Shown: positions 13,096 through 26,124, numbered from the stretch's first letter. The stretch: 64,000 nt of DNA from Octopus sinensis (GCF_006345805.1 NC_043008.1:53196001-53260000); one strand, 5' to 3'. The notes: generated by a model not told the origin, from the letters alone. Numbers and translations: made by a program.

Positions 13096-13202
13096 AGTTG
13101 TTGACAACAGCATGCGGCAAGGTAACTGAAATTTTGCCTTGGAGTACAGGCTTTCTCATTGGCTCATTGCCAAAAGGTTTAGAGCAGGTTGGCCATGTTT
13201 AA

Positions 13203-13404
13203 CTCTTTCGTTATCAACCCGGCTGAAACCGGCTCTGGTTCTGTAGTATAAATGTCTTGTTTTCATAAGTTTTGAATTAAAATCTCCCACCAAACTTTAG
13301 TCACAATTTATGTTCCTAACAGTAGCTGAATGATAACTAAGTTAGTTTGCTAAATTCTTTGTTATATTTAAAGTACTTGAAAGAAACACTGAGTAATGAA
13401 AGGG
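13203..13404. mobile_element. piggyBac-like MITE
   Basis: TTAA on both sides; TIRs ctctttcgttatc / gtaatgaaaggg; homologous to 55426-55646. Confidence 0.8.
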
Positions 13405-14165
13405 TTAAATCCCTCAATTGATTACTGAAGTGTGAGGGCTTCTTGACCCTGGAAGAGTAAAAGACAAAGTGCACTTTGGCAAGAATTGAACTCAGATCAT
13501 TAACAACTATTATTAAGTACTGCAAAACATTTTGTCTGGCTTTCTGACAACTCTATTAAGAACAGGTCTTCAGTATAAACATATAATTCTTTCTAATTTG
13601 GGCACAAGGTGAGAAACCTTTAGGGGAGGGAGCAAGTCAATTAGACTGACCACATTGTTTAACTGATACCATCTTAGTAACCCCCAAAAGAATGAATGGC
13701 AAAATTAATCTCAGTAGAATTTGGACACAGAATACAAAAGAGAAAAAAAAATGGTTAGCTGCTAAGCATTTTAACCAGTACACTAACAATTCTGCCAACT
13801 CACCAACGTCCTGGTGAAACAGTAAAACATTGATTACATTTTACAAATAATAAAATATTAAATTATTTAATTGTCTAGAATAAAATTACAAAATAAAAAG
13901 TGATTGTCACTAAATTTTTTTTTTCTATTTCTTTATTAATACGGTTTATTGCTCTCCATAATATTTGAGACATTGACTAACTTTTAATATATCTTGTAAC
14001 TTGTAGTGCTAATAATAAAATTGGTAGAGAAGGAGGAATATATTAGTGACAATGGGTTATGAGAAAAGAAACTAAATTAGATGTTATAGTATAAACATAC
14101 TATATACAATGGGTTAGGAATGAAGAAAATATATTCAACACTATAATATATTTTTTATTTTTAGT

Positions 14166-14322
14166 CAGGTGTCGCTGTGTGGCAAGAAGTTTGCTTCCCA
14201 ACCACATGGTTAAGGGTTCAGTCCCACTGCATGACACCTTAGGCAAGTGTCTTCTACTATAGCCTAGAGCTGACCAAAATCTCATGAGTGGATTTGGTAG
14301 ATGGAAACTGAAAGAAGCCTCT

Positions 14323-14364
<42 letters not shown>

Positions 14365-14476
14365 GTTTTCTACTGCTGGATGTTAGGCTAAATCAGACTG
14401 GAGTCTGGTGCAGTTTTCTAGTGTGCCAGCCCAGTCTAACCGTCCAAACCATACCAACATGGACAATGAACATTAA

Positions 14477-14541
<65 letters not shown>

Positions 14542-14549
14542 ATGTATAT
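14166..14549 (+). repeat. Composite SINE A head + (CA)n + (ATG)n-tailed fragment; inverted near-identical copy of 18846-19195
   Basis: Manual alignment: about 10 substitutions outside the microsatellites; shared private variants. Confidence 0.9.
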
Positions 14550-14630
14550 TAGAGAGTAACCTTTTTAGTGTTGGTAGTTGACTAAAGCCTTGTGAGTGGA
14601 TTTGGTAGACGGAAACTGAAAGAAGCCCAT

Positions 14631-14836
14631 TGTTCGCTAGCCTCTGCACGCATTTTTTTTCTCTCCTTGTTTCTCTCCATGTTTCTTTTCTTTTCTGTGT
14701 ATCTTTCTGTTGAAGAGCGTAGGCTCGAAACGTAAAAGACTTGTTTTATTTATATTCCTGAGCACCATACTAATACAATTGTTTGTTTGTATTCCACCTG
14801 CCTTCGTCTTTTGTTTATTTTCATAAAGCTTCCCGT
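14631..14836 (+). mobile_element. Hammerhead-bearing short element, family H2
   Basis: Homologous to the - strand copy at about 36492-36694. Confidence 0.7.
14702..14739 (+). ncRNA. Minimal hammerhead-like motif with variant core CUGUUGA
   Basis: tcttt-CTGTTGA-a-gagc(gtag)gctc-GAAAC-GTA-aaaga. Confidence 0.6.
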
Positions 14837-16034
14837 TATATATATATATGTATGTATGTGTGTTTGTGTGTCTGTGTTTGTCCCCTCAACATCGCTTGAC
14901 AACTGATGCTGGTGTGTTTACGTCCCCACAACTTAGCGGTTTGAATAAGTACTAGGCTTACAAAGAATAAGTCCTGGGGTCGATTAGCTTGACTAAAGGC
15001 AGTGCTCCAGTATGGCCATGGTCAGATAACTGAAACAAGTAAAAGAGTAAAAGAGTAAAGAGTAAATGGTGACAATAGAGAGTAGAGAGGAAATTTTTGT
15101 CTTTTAGTCTTGCCAGGGACAAGACCAACCTTCTAGTGCTGGTGCCATGATAAAATGAGGTGTGAACACTTTGTAAAGTAGTTGTTAATAAGAAGGGCAT
15201 GTGACTTTATAAACACTGGCAAAAAAATGTAGAGTACAAATGGGTGAGATATAGTTCCCTTGCTCAACTTGTCTAGGAGAGCAGTGCCCCCTAATAAGGA
15301 TCTGAGCTCAACTGTAAGAAACCATTCAAATGTTTCTAGCTTGGGAATGTGGATGTGAATTGATAATGATGATGGTGGTGATGATCATCGTCGTCATCAT
15401 CGCCATGGTCATGGTTGTTGTTGTTGTGGTGGTGGTGGTGGTGGTGGTTTTAGCGGCAGCAATGATGATGATGATGATGAGGAGGAGGAGGATGATGAGA
15501 GTGGTGTAGTGATAGCATGGAGGGAATGATGATGATGACAACAACAATGATGATGACGATGAGGATTGCTAAATTGATTCAACAAAGGGTGTACAAGTCA
15601 TTTGAGTGGACTAAAGCCATACATGTGACACCTTCCTGGTGAAGGTGTTACCAATTATATTACAGGGTGCCTGTTGTACTCTCTATATTTAATACAAATA
15701 CTATTAAGTTGTTGATTTTTATGTTATTTTAACTTCATTTCCATTTTCATCTTCATAAAATAAATGTCTGGTCAATCAAAGCTACCTTGGACCTAAACAA
15801 CAATAACCATAAAATTACATGCATTGGTGATATCACGGCATCATCTCACCCCCACTCCCTCCCATCACCACCACCACTGTTGGCCAAAATTGACCGTGCA
15901 TCTGAAAATGCATATGTAGACCTGTAAAAAAATGGCTGACCATTATTCATGCATCCAAGCCTCCCTCTTTTCCATACCACTGATGTTTATCCAAAGGAAA
16001 AGGCCACCACCTTAGACTGCTTCAGCAGCTAGGA

Positions 16035-16815
16035 TGAAAGGATGAAAGGATGAAAGACAATGTCGGCCTTGGCGGAATTTGAACTCAGAACATAGCGGCA
16101 GACGGAATACGGCTACGCATTTCGCCCGGCATGCTAACGTTTCTGCCAGCTCACTGCCTTTTTGAAGGAAGGATATTCTTTTTTACTCTAGGCACAAGGC
16201 CCGAAATTTTGGGGGAGGGAGCCAGCTGATCAGATCAAACCCAGTATGCAACTGGTACTTAATTTATTGACCCCATTGAAAGGATGAAAGGCTAAAATGA
16301 TCCTCAGCAGAATTTGAACTCAGAACGTAAAGTCATATGAAATACCTATTTCTTTACTACCCACAAGGGGCTAAACACTGAGGGGACGAACGAGGATAGA
16401 CAAACGGATTAAGTCGATTATATCGAACTCCAGTGTGTAACTGGTGCTTATTTAATCGACCCTGAAAGGATGAAAGGCAAAGTCAACCTCAGCGGAATTT
16501 GAACTAGAACGTAGCAGCAGACGAAATACAGCTATGCATTTCGCCCGGCGTGCTAACGTTTCTGCCAGCTTGCTACCCTTTAGAAGGAAGGATATTCTTT
16601 TTTACTCTAGGCACAAGTCCCGAAATTTGGGGGGAGCGGGCCAGTTGATTAGATCAAACTCAGTACGCAACTGGTACTTAATTTATTGTCCACCCAGCCC
16701 CAAAAGGATGAATGGCAAAAAAATCAACCTCAGCAGAATTTGAACTCCGAACGTAAAGTCAAACAAAGTACCTCTAAGTATTTCACTCAGCATGCTGACG
16801 ATTCTACCAGCTGGC
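16035..16815 (-). mobile_element. Tandem array of family B SINE copies with an internal duplication of about 420 bp
   Basis: Junction gaaggaaggatattcttttttactctaggcacaag repeated at about 16165 and 16583. Confidence 0.8.
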
Positions 16816-17241
16816 CACCTTACAAACTACAATATTGCAAATGCAAAAATATAGTATATTTGACAATCGAATATCTCCATAGCCAGCCAGCTCAGCAATT
16901 TATATGATTCATCACAATAATCAGTGCAGAACTAAAAACTGTTTGCACATGTCATATTTTTGTTTTCCATTCGACCAATTTTATTTCTGTCATGAAACTC
17001 CGTTTGCCAATCAATATGTCAACGGAATATTTTAGTCACTATGAGAAGAATCAGCGCTGAATTGGCAGACAGACATTTGGTGACATGCTAAATGAATAGA
17101 CATTGTTGAAAGCAAGTCATTTAGGAAGCCTCTTCGTGGCCACTTGACCATCTAGAAGCAGTAGCTAAATTTCCCTGAAACTACACTATTTTTTGTTTTT
17201 TAATGTTATAACCCTCTTGTTACCATATTTCCGTTAACGTA

Positions 17242-17644
17242 TACTCTTTTACTCTTTTACTTGTTTCAGTCATTTGACTGCGACCATGCTGGAGCACCGC
17301 CTTTAGTCGAGCAAATCGACCCCGGGACTTATTCTTTGTAAGCCCAGTACTTATTCTATCGGTCTCTTTTGCTGAACCGCTAAGTGACGGGGATGTAAAC
17401 ACACCAGCATCAGTTGTCAAGCAATGCTAGGGAGACTAACACAGACACACAAACACACACACATATATATATATATACATATATACGACAGGCTTCTTTC
17501 AGTTTCCGTCAACCAAATCCACTCACAAGGCATTTGTCGGCCCGGGGCTATAGCAGAAGACACTTGCCCAAGATGCCACGCAGTGGGACTGAACCCGCAA
17601 CCATGTGGTTGGTTAGCAAGCTACTTACCACACAGCCACTCCTG
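17242..17644 (-). mobile_element. SINE family A, young subfamily
   Basis: Full-length reverse complement; very similar to 55707-56137. Confidence 0.9.
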
Positions 17645-17756
17645 TTTCAGTTAAATTTTAAAATAATAAAGAATTTAATAAAATAACTTTATAATTATTA
17701 AGCTGGAGTCTGGAATAATTTAGCATAAAATTTTGATGGAAGATTATAATTTAGAC

Positions 17757-18204
17757 CGGTAGTTCTCAACGTTGGGCCTGGGAAAATTTTGAGGGTGCCA
17801 GAGAAAATTTTGAGAGGGCCTTGGAAATTTTCTGGATTGGAAACAAGCTGTTTTTAGTATTCATTTTGTAGATTTGACCAGTGTTGCCAACAGATTTTTC
17901 CAAAATATAACAAATTTTTATCTCAAAATATTACAGATATAAATAAAATTCCAAAAGGTAACAAAAAACATAACAACACATAAATTTTGTCAAAAACGTA
18001 ACAAATTTGTTATGAACATAACAACTTCATTTAACGAACGTGATTGTATCCCTACATGAAGCTGGCATGTGGAAACAATTACTACTTTATGAGGTTTATA
18101 TTCCAAAAAATAGGGTCGGACAACTGGTTTAGAGGTCAGTGGGCATGGGATTTTTTGATCATAAAAAGTGGGCCCAAAGGTAAAAAAAAGGTAGAGAACT
18201 ATTG
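17757..18204. mobile_element. hAT/Charlie-like MITE nested in a piggyBac-like MITE
   Basis: Imperfect TIRs cggtagttctcaac / gtagagaactattg; the host repeat resumes on both sides. Confidence 0.55.
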
Positions 18205-18639
18205 ATTCAAACCACTTTAAAACAGTAGTAAGTTTATCATGGAACTTGAGGCGGTCTCAGATGGGTTGGCATCAAAAGAGTTAAACATTAAACTGTAATT
18301 TAATGCCAAGACAAACTTTATTTCCAAATGGATCTCTATCAAGCTATTAGTCCCTAAATTCTGATTTTTCCCCCTTTTCCCCTTAATACTCTTGGCTCTG
18401 GAGCCCTGTAGACAATCGTGGGTACTGCACTTCCTCTTCTCACTAAACCATAGAAAATAACTGAAGAAACTTGCCCAACTGAGATGTTAATCTTGGGCAA
18501 TAATCTCTCAATACTAGAGGCAGATGAGTGTTGTAGAGAAACAAGGAAGCTATTGCCAAGCTTGACTAGCTTGACCAGTTGACCAGTTGACAAACTGGAC
18601 AATAATGAGCCCCAACTACAGATAACTTCTATGTATTAC

Positions 18640-19195
18640 CTTTTACTTGTTTCAGTCATTAGACTGTGGCCATGCTGGAGCACTGCTTTGAAGAACTTTA
18701 GTTGAATCAATCAATCCTAGTACATTTTTTCGTTTAAGCCTAGTACTTAATCTGTCAGTCCCAGTTGCCAAACTGCCAAGTTACTAGGATGTAAACATAC
18801 CGACACTGGATGTCAAGTTGCAGTGGGGGACAAACACAGACACAGATATACATACACACATACACACACACACATATATCATCATCATCATCATCATCAT
18901 TTAATGTTCATTGTCCATGTTGGTATGGTTTGGACGGTTAGACTGGGCTGGCACACTAGAAAACTGCACCAGACTCCAGTCTGATTTAGCCTAGCATCCA
19001 GCAGTAGAAAACCACGTGTGTGTGTGTGTGTGTGTATGAGAGGCTTCTTTCAGTTTCCATCTACCAAATCCACTCATGAGATTTTGGTCAGCTCTAGGCT
19101 ATAGTAGAAAACACTTGCCTAAGGTGCACTGCAGTGGGACTGAACCCTTAACCATGTGGTTGGAAAGCAAACTTCTTGCCATACAGCAACACCTG
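18640..19195 (-). mobile_element. SINE A with a nested (ATG)n-tailed fragment in its linker
   Basis: Head at 19035-19195, insert at about 18880-19015, 3' module at 18640-18840. Confidence 0.85.
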
Positions 19196-20026
19196 GCAGT
19201 TGAAGATTGTACACATTATCAAAATTGATAAAAAAAAGAAAAAGATGACGACAGTTCTGAGATAACGACAGACAAAACAAAAAACAAAAAGTTTTCTGTT
19301 TTATACAGAAATGCTTTAGAAACCACCACCTCCGCCCATCTTCCCACCAAGAACGGTTTTTGAGAGCTAGAATAAATATCGTAAACTGCCATTAAGTCAT
19401 AACATTCATTTTATTAAAATATATTTACAAAAGAATAAGAAAACCTTACAATGTAGTTAATACAATTTGTAATTTTTGTATTTTAATGATAAATCATTTG
19501 AGTCTGAAGTCCAAAGGCAGACTAAAAACAACTGATATAATAAACTCACTTTACGTTGCTTTTATTCATTCGTGTTTTTGATAAAGGAATTTTTATGCTG
19601 AAATATTTTGCTTTGAACTTTTAAGATCTAACAATTTATTATTCTATATAAATTATATTAACTATACACTGAGGCTTTATTTTAATTTTATTTATATTTT
19701 TTATATTTAATTTTGCAGTTGTTTCTTTTGCTTTTCTCTATTTTATTTTAACGGTATGTTTTATGTCTCATTGGTATTTCTCTGTTCTATCACAGACAGA
19801 TGCTTTTAATGCCTGATGTCACTTTATTTTAGAAATCTTAGCAGTTAATTCATCCATAACTCAATATTTATGTTATATTATTTCAATGTTCCTTACAAAT
19901 TACTTCAAAGGGCCGTGGCACATTACAATACTTTTGCCCAGCATGAAAGGAACGAATTTAAAAACGAAATGAAAAACAAAAAAAAAATTCAAAATGTCCT
20001 CATGCAGTTCTTTCTTTAAATTTCAG

Positions 20027-20137
20027 GGCGCTGGATGCACTGCCCTTGTTGTTGCTGTAATTGCACGGAAGCTGGAACTCAGTCGAGCAGAGAAACATGT
20101 GCACAACTTCATGATGGACACACAGCTAACAAAGAGA
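20027..20137 (+). CDS. KCNN: SK (KCNN-family) Ca2+-activated K+ channel exon: end of S6 and start of the CaM-binding region ([37 protein letters not shown])
   Basis: Translation nearly identical to the recalled KCNN2/dSK motif [37 protein letters not shown]; tttcag acceptor, gtaagt donor; 111 nt, phase 0-0. Confidence 0.97.
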
Positions 20138-20285
20138 GTAAGTTCCAAGTCAATTCGCATTTTTGCACTGAGTCCATATCACATTTTAAATGAATTACTC
20201 TTTTAGCTTTAATTAGATTCTTGACCCTTTTTTTTTAACCAAGCAACAAATTAATTACTGAAATGATTATTGGTGTTCTTTAGAA

Positions 20286-20618
20286 GGTGCATGGCTCAGT
20301 GGTTAGAGCGTTGGACTCGCAATAATGAGGTAGTGAGTTCAAATCCCGGGCTTGTGTGTTGGGCTCTTGAGCAAGACACTTTATTTCACATTGCTCCAGT
20401 TCACTCAGCTGTAGAATGAGTTGTGGCATGGCTGATGCTAAGCTGTATCGGCCCCTTTGCCTTTCCCTAGGATAACATCAGTGGTGTGGAGAGGGGAGGC
20501 TGGTATCCATGGGCCACAGCTTGTCTTCCATAAACAACCTTGCCTGGACTTGTACCTAGAAAGGAAATTTTCTAGGTGCAATCCAATGTTCATTCATGGC
20601 CAAAGTGGGTCTTGACCC
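20286..20618 (+). mobile_element. tRNA-derived SINE, family C (also 51211-51546; related heads at about 31240 and 51950)
   Basis: A box tggctcagtgg, B box gagttcaaatcc, ttgagcaagacac core. Confidence 0.85.
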
Positions 20619-20924
20619 TTTCCCTCTATACCTGATGATCTGGCAGAACTGTTAGTGGGTTGGACAAAATTCTTGACACTATTTCTCCTGGCTTTTTACA
20701 TTTGGAGTTCAAATTCTGCTAAGATTGATTCTTCCTTTAATCCCTACAAGATTGATAAAATAATTACCAATGAAATAATCTCTTCTCAAAGGGTCATAGT
20801 CTTGCAAGTTACTTGGAGATCCTGCCAGTACTGGTGTCATGTAAAAAGCATCCAGTCCAACTGTAAGATGGATGGCATTTGGAAGAGCATCCAGCTGTAA
20901 AAACCATGTCAAAACTAATAATAT

Positions 20925-21095
20925 GTGCATCTCTGATCACAAACAGAAGTAGTGAGGGAGCATCATAGCCATGTGTTGAGAGGAATTCTTTGAGGTTTAG
21001 AAAATACACCTTTGGAAACATGGGAGTTTCATTCAACATCCAGAAACAACCCTTATTCAGGGACCTTTTGAGTGGGATGCACTACTTGACCTGAA
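20925..21095 (-). mobile_element. Fragment of interspersed family E
   Basis: Reverse complement of the middle part of 59374-59836 and 63527-64000. Confidence 0.7.
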
Positions 21096-21228
21096 GATGA
21101 TGATGATGATGGTGGTGGTGGTGGTGGTGGTGGTGGTGGTGGTGGTGGTGGTGGTGGTGGTTGTGGTGGTGGTGGTGTTGATGATGATGATGATGATGAT
21201 GATGATGACGACGATGATGATAGTAATA

Positions 21229-21295
<67 letters not shown>

Positions 21296-21337
21296 TGATG
21301 ATGATGATGATGATAATAATGATGATGATAATAATAA
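21095..21337. repeat. Blocked compound microsatellite (GAT)(GGT)(GAT)(AAT)(GAT)
   Basis: Direct reading. Confidence 0.95.
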
Positions 21338-22089
21338 TGTTTCTGATTTAGACACATGGGCAACTAGTTAATACAATTGATACCAGTGTTTGAACTAGTA
21401 TTCAATTATATCAAACCCCCAAAAAGATGACCTCAGCACGATTTGAACATAGAATATAATGAACTAGAGTGAATATGACAAAGCATTTTTACCTATGCTT
21501 TGACAATCCCACCATTCAATTATAACAAATGAGATGGCAGAGAAAGAGAGAGAGAGAGAGGGAGAGCAAAAGAGGTGGAGCAGATCCATTACATTTATTT
21601 AGTTTGTATACTTGCATTAGTTTGTAGTATGGGTTTTTTTTTGCTTTTTTATTATTTTTTTTGTTTTTTTCTGCTGCGTTCAAAATCCCTCATAGGTTTC
21701 TTTGTTCTTTCATCTCTCTATGATTGATGAGATATACCTTTGTAGCGTGCCCCCTATAATACAAGATTCAAATCAATAATATCGACTTACCTTTAGAATC
21801 TGTATTTGTGCTCATTTAATAAATTAGTGCGTTCTATGATCCAGACAGATCAAGAGTGAAACCTTTCTCTACACATGACCGACTACACTAATATCATTAA
21901 ATAATTCAACATTTAAGGTATCACAACTGGTTAATAAATAAGATATTGTATAAATAATTAAATCCTCTTAAGGCATCACAAAAATGTTGTTATTAAATTA
22001 AATAACCCCCCATTCAATGCATTGTAACCATTTATCCCTAAATAGATCGTTATTTTAACCCCATAACCATTATCCTTAAATAGGTCATT

Positions 22090-22404
22090 CTTCTTTTTTT
22101 TTTCAACTTTTTAAAGCCTAGCCAGGCGCATGGGCCCAGTTTCCCAGTTTCTGTGGCGTATGTGTTCCCCCCAGCTGGACTGGACGCCAGTCCATTGCAG
22201 TGTTACTCAAGAAACAGGAAGAGAGAGTGAGAAAAAGTTGTGGTGAAAGAGTACAACAGGGGTCACCCCCACCCCCTAACGGAGCCTTGAGGAGTTTTTA
22301 GGTGTTTTCGCTCAATAAACACACACAACGTCCGGTCTGGGAATTGAAACTGCGATCCTCCGACCGCGAGTTCACTGCCCTAACCACTGGGCCATTGCAC
22401 CTCC
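22090..22404 (-). mobile_element. tRNA-derived SINE with 12-bp TSD
   Basis: TSD aaataggtcatt at 22078-22089 and 22405-22416. Confidence 0.85.
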
Positions 22405-23124
22405 AAATAGGTCATTATTTAAGCATAATTGTTATTATCACAACTAGGGCAATCCTGGACAATTGCCCAAAGGTTTCACAGGTTCAAGGGCTCAGTTCTA
22501 ATCGATGTTGTAGTATGTTGTAAAAGAATAAGTACTTAGAGGGACAAGTGCAGTGATTTGCATGGGGCATAAGACGCAGCTAAAACAGTCCTGATCACAA
22601 TCATTTATCCTTAAGTAGGTCATTACTTTAATGCCATAATAATTATCCTTAAATAGGTCATGGAGAAGAGAGGCTGGTATGCCTGGGCGACTGCTGGTCT
22701 TCCATAAACAACCTTGCCCGGACTTGCACCTCAAAGGGGAAACTTCTAAGTGCAATATCATGATCATTCATGACAAACGGGAGTTTATTTTATTTATGAT
22801 ACTGCTAAAACAGCCCTGATTACAATCATTTATCCATATACAGGTCATTATTTAAGGTTTCACAAGGATTCGTATTTAAGTAGGTCATTAGTACCCTCTC
22901 TCAGTATCTTAAAAACGTGTCACATATTTCTCTTCCAAAGGGTCATTTTTTCTCAGCTGAGCTTCCTGTTAGCCATAAAACCCTTTATTCTGACAGCTTC
23001 TTTCTTTGAGATGCTCCCTGGAACTTGCTCCCATCATCCATTTTTCTTCTGGTCTATGATATTCAGTCCATTAAGCTTTCTGTAAATCTGTTATCTGTTA
23101 TCTTTGACTTGTTGTGGTCATTAG

Positions 23125-23333
23125 ACTGTGGCCATGCTGGGGCACCGCCTTGAACAATTTGTTTTAGTCAGATGAATTGACCCCAGTACATATAGTGTTT
23201 TAGTTTTTTGTTAAGCCTAGTACTTATTCTATCGGTCCCTTTTGCTGAACTGCTAAGTTACAGGAACATAAACACATCAACACTAGTTGTCAAGCAATAG
23301 TGGTGGGGAGGACACAGATACAGACACACACAT

Positions 23334-23366
<33 letters not shown>

Positions 23367-23530
23367 CATATATACAACAGGCTTCTTTTGGTTTCCATCT
23401 ACCAAATCCACTCACATGGTTTTGGTCAACCTGAAGTTATAATAGAAGACGCTTGCCCAAGGTGTCACACAGCAGGATTGAACCTGGAACCATGTGGTCA
23501 AGAAACAAACTTCTTACCACCCAGCCACAT
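23125..23530 (-). mobile_element. SINE family A, older copy
   Basis: Family A motifs in reverse complement. Confidence 0.8.
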
Positions 23531-24532
23531 TTTCTTTTTTAATTTGAAGGCTCCTTTCTTTTCATTCTTTGTCCTAGCTTGAGCCACAGTGGCCTCAAGC
23601 CTTGTTTGGAACAAAATCATTAAAACAAACTTTAAAGCATCACAACCGTTTTTTCCTTAAATACGTCTTTATTTAAAGCACCGCAACTATTTATCCTTAA
23701 ACAGGTGAATTTCAAAAGCATAATAACTATTTTATCTGCAAATCTCTTTGATTTCCTAGTAATTAATTCTCCTCATGCTATTCAGCCCAGATCCCAAACA
23801 ACACGATCATAAAACTAGCCTTTGACCAAATGACCATCAACAGCAAGCACCGCAGACAGTCAACAATATCCTCTGCTTTTCAGACAATATTATAAACTAT
23901 TCGTTTGTGTTGTGTTTCAAAATATTTTCTAACCAAATGTTACATCCTTTTTTTTTTATTTTTAACCTATTAAACCCATAAAAGTTGAGAACAACATAAC
24001 AACAGTCAATTATCAGATTTCTGATATTTCAAAAAGAGTCACAAAAATAAAGAACCTCAATAAAAGATTTTGAGACAAGACACAAAATTAACAGCAACAT
24101 TATGACTTTTAATGTTACCCATTAGTGAAATCACTCAAAAATTTAATAAACAGTGCTAAAAATTGGGAAAAGAAAAAAAAGGTGATTCTCTATAGAAAAT
24201 TTAGAAGAATGCTGAATAACTAATTAACCAAAATAATTAGATAACTAAAATGTCTAAAAACTAAATACAAGCATCCTTGATGTAAATTTTTGTTCAGATT
24301 CTAAATCAGCTACAGTCAATATAATTCAAGCACCAAAGGTAACATATGATTGAATTGGTAGAGCACCAGACGAAATATTGTGCATTTTCACGATCTCTCC
24401 CTTTGTTTTGTTTGTAAATCCTTTTGCTACCATATTTCTCTTGAAATAGGATAACAAAACTGAACTTGTTTCAATTAATTTTGAAATTAATATAGAATTT
24501 GTTAGAATAAATTTGTCATCATTAAGGCGACA

Positions 24533-24932
24533 TCTTTATATATAAAAGTGAAGTTGTGTGTCTGTCTCCTATGATTTAGATTCCTAACTACTCCCACATT
24601 TTGCGGTGCAGTTTAACCAAAACCGGGTATCTTATAGTCGTGATTCATATCGAGCACTTCTGGGTATTAGCGCGCATCTACGATGAGTCCACAATTTAAA
24701 AAAAAATTTACCATCATTTTTTTCCATTTTAGTGCATTTTTTTCGCTATTATATAAGGGAAGTAACTCTCTAAAAATGTCTACGATGAGCCAACGATTTA
24801 AAAAAAAATTTACCATAATTTTTTTTTCCATTTTTAATGCATTCTTTTGCTATTTTTTGGTTATAACTCTCTAAAAATGCTTATATAGTTATTTCCCTTA
24901 CAAACCCGAGCAACGCCGGGCGATACTGCTAG
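24533..24932 (+). mobile_element. Non-autonomous Helitron (400 bp)
   Basis: 5' TC start, 3' hairpin cccgagcaacgccggg followed by CTAG, inserted between A and T with no TSD; internal duplication at about 24677/24779. Confidence 0.85.
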
Positions 24933-25838
24933 TTTATAATAAAAATTAACAAGGAATTTTGATGGAAGGGTTCTTACTTTAAATCACTCTAAAACAGGAG
25001 GTGTGCATCATAAAACTGGGGTCAGTTCCAGGTAGGTTGGGATCAAAAGGGTTAAATACGATGGGAGTTGGAATTGTTGTCTTGCATTTTTCTGGGGTTG
25101 ATGAAATAAAGAATTTGTTAAATGTAGGTGCTTGATTTAATTAATCATGCCCACCCCTGTCAAAATGTGTGGCCATGAATTATTGGTTTACTCTTTGAGA
25201 AGGCTTAGTCACTGTCACCATGTGATAATCATCATCATCATTATCCTCCTCTTCATTATCATCATTATCATCATCATCGTCATTTTTGCTGTCATTGTCA
25301 TCGTCATTATCATCATCGTCGTCGTCATCATCATTTTCATCATTATCTTCGGCATCATCATCATTGTTGTCATCATCATCATCATCATCGTCATCATCAT
25401 TGTCATCATCACCATCATCGCCATTTACCTCCAAGTTTTCCATGCTTGCATGGATCAGACAGAATTCATTGAGGCGTATTCTCTGCAGCTGGATGCTCTT
25501 CCTGTCACCAACTCTCACCTGTTACCAAACAAAGCAATATTTCGTTATGGCCAAACACGTTTTCCAAAGAGAACTAGAAATGAACAATACCCCTTGTATG
25601 TGTGTGTGTGTGTATTTCTATGTTTGTGTCTTGGCAATCCTGCAATGAATGTAAACACACATCCCCATCATACAAGCGGTGTTGTTTGCTTCCTATCTTC
25701 TACGGAAACATGTCTAGCTTGGAAAGAGACGAGAACTGGCCACAAGAATGGCACCAAGCTGCAGAAAAAAATCTGCCTCAACAAATTCCACACAACCCAA
25801 ACAAGCATGGAAAATTAAACATTAAAACAGTGGTGATC

Positions 25839-25875
<37 letters not shown>

Positions 25876-26124
25876 CGATGGTGGTGGTGGTGGTGGTGGT
25901 GGTTTTGGTAGTGTTTGTATTTAAGATAACTAAGTTTGCTAATTAAGTATACAAGATAATTAAAGTTTCTTTGGAAATTAAACTTAATTGTTCCATGCCA
26001 AAGTAAAATTTCACCGAGTGCGCTTTCTGCAAGAAAAACGTATAGCTATGCGTAAGCTACTGTATTTCAGTATTAATTAAATCATTTTCTAATCAACAAT
26101 GATATACACAGCATAAAATTAATA

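Larger units (their letters stand above)
14581..15062 (+). mobile_element. 5'-truncated SINE A interrupted by a hammerhead-bearing element
   Basis: End of head, insert at about 14631-14836, then microsatellite and 3' module. Confidence 0.8.

Noticed and set aside
20286-20360. tRNA genes at A-box/B-box heads
   Set aside because: No complete cloverleaf; the heads continue into multi-copy SINE bodies.
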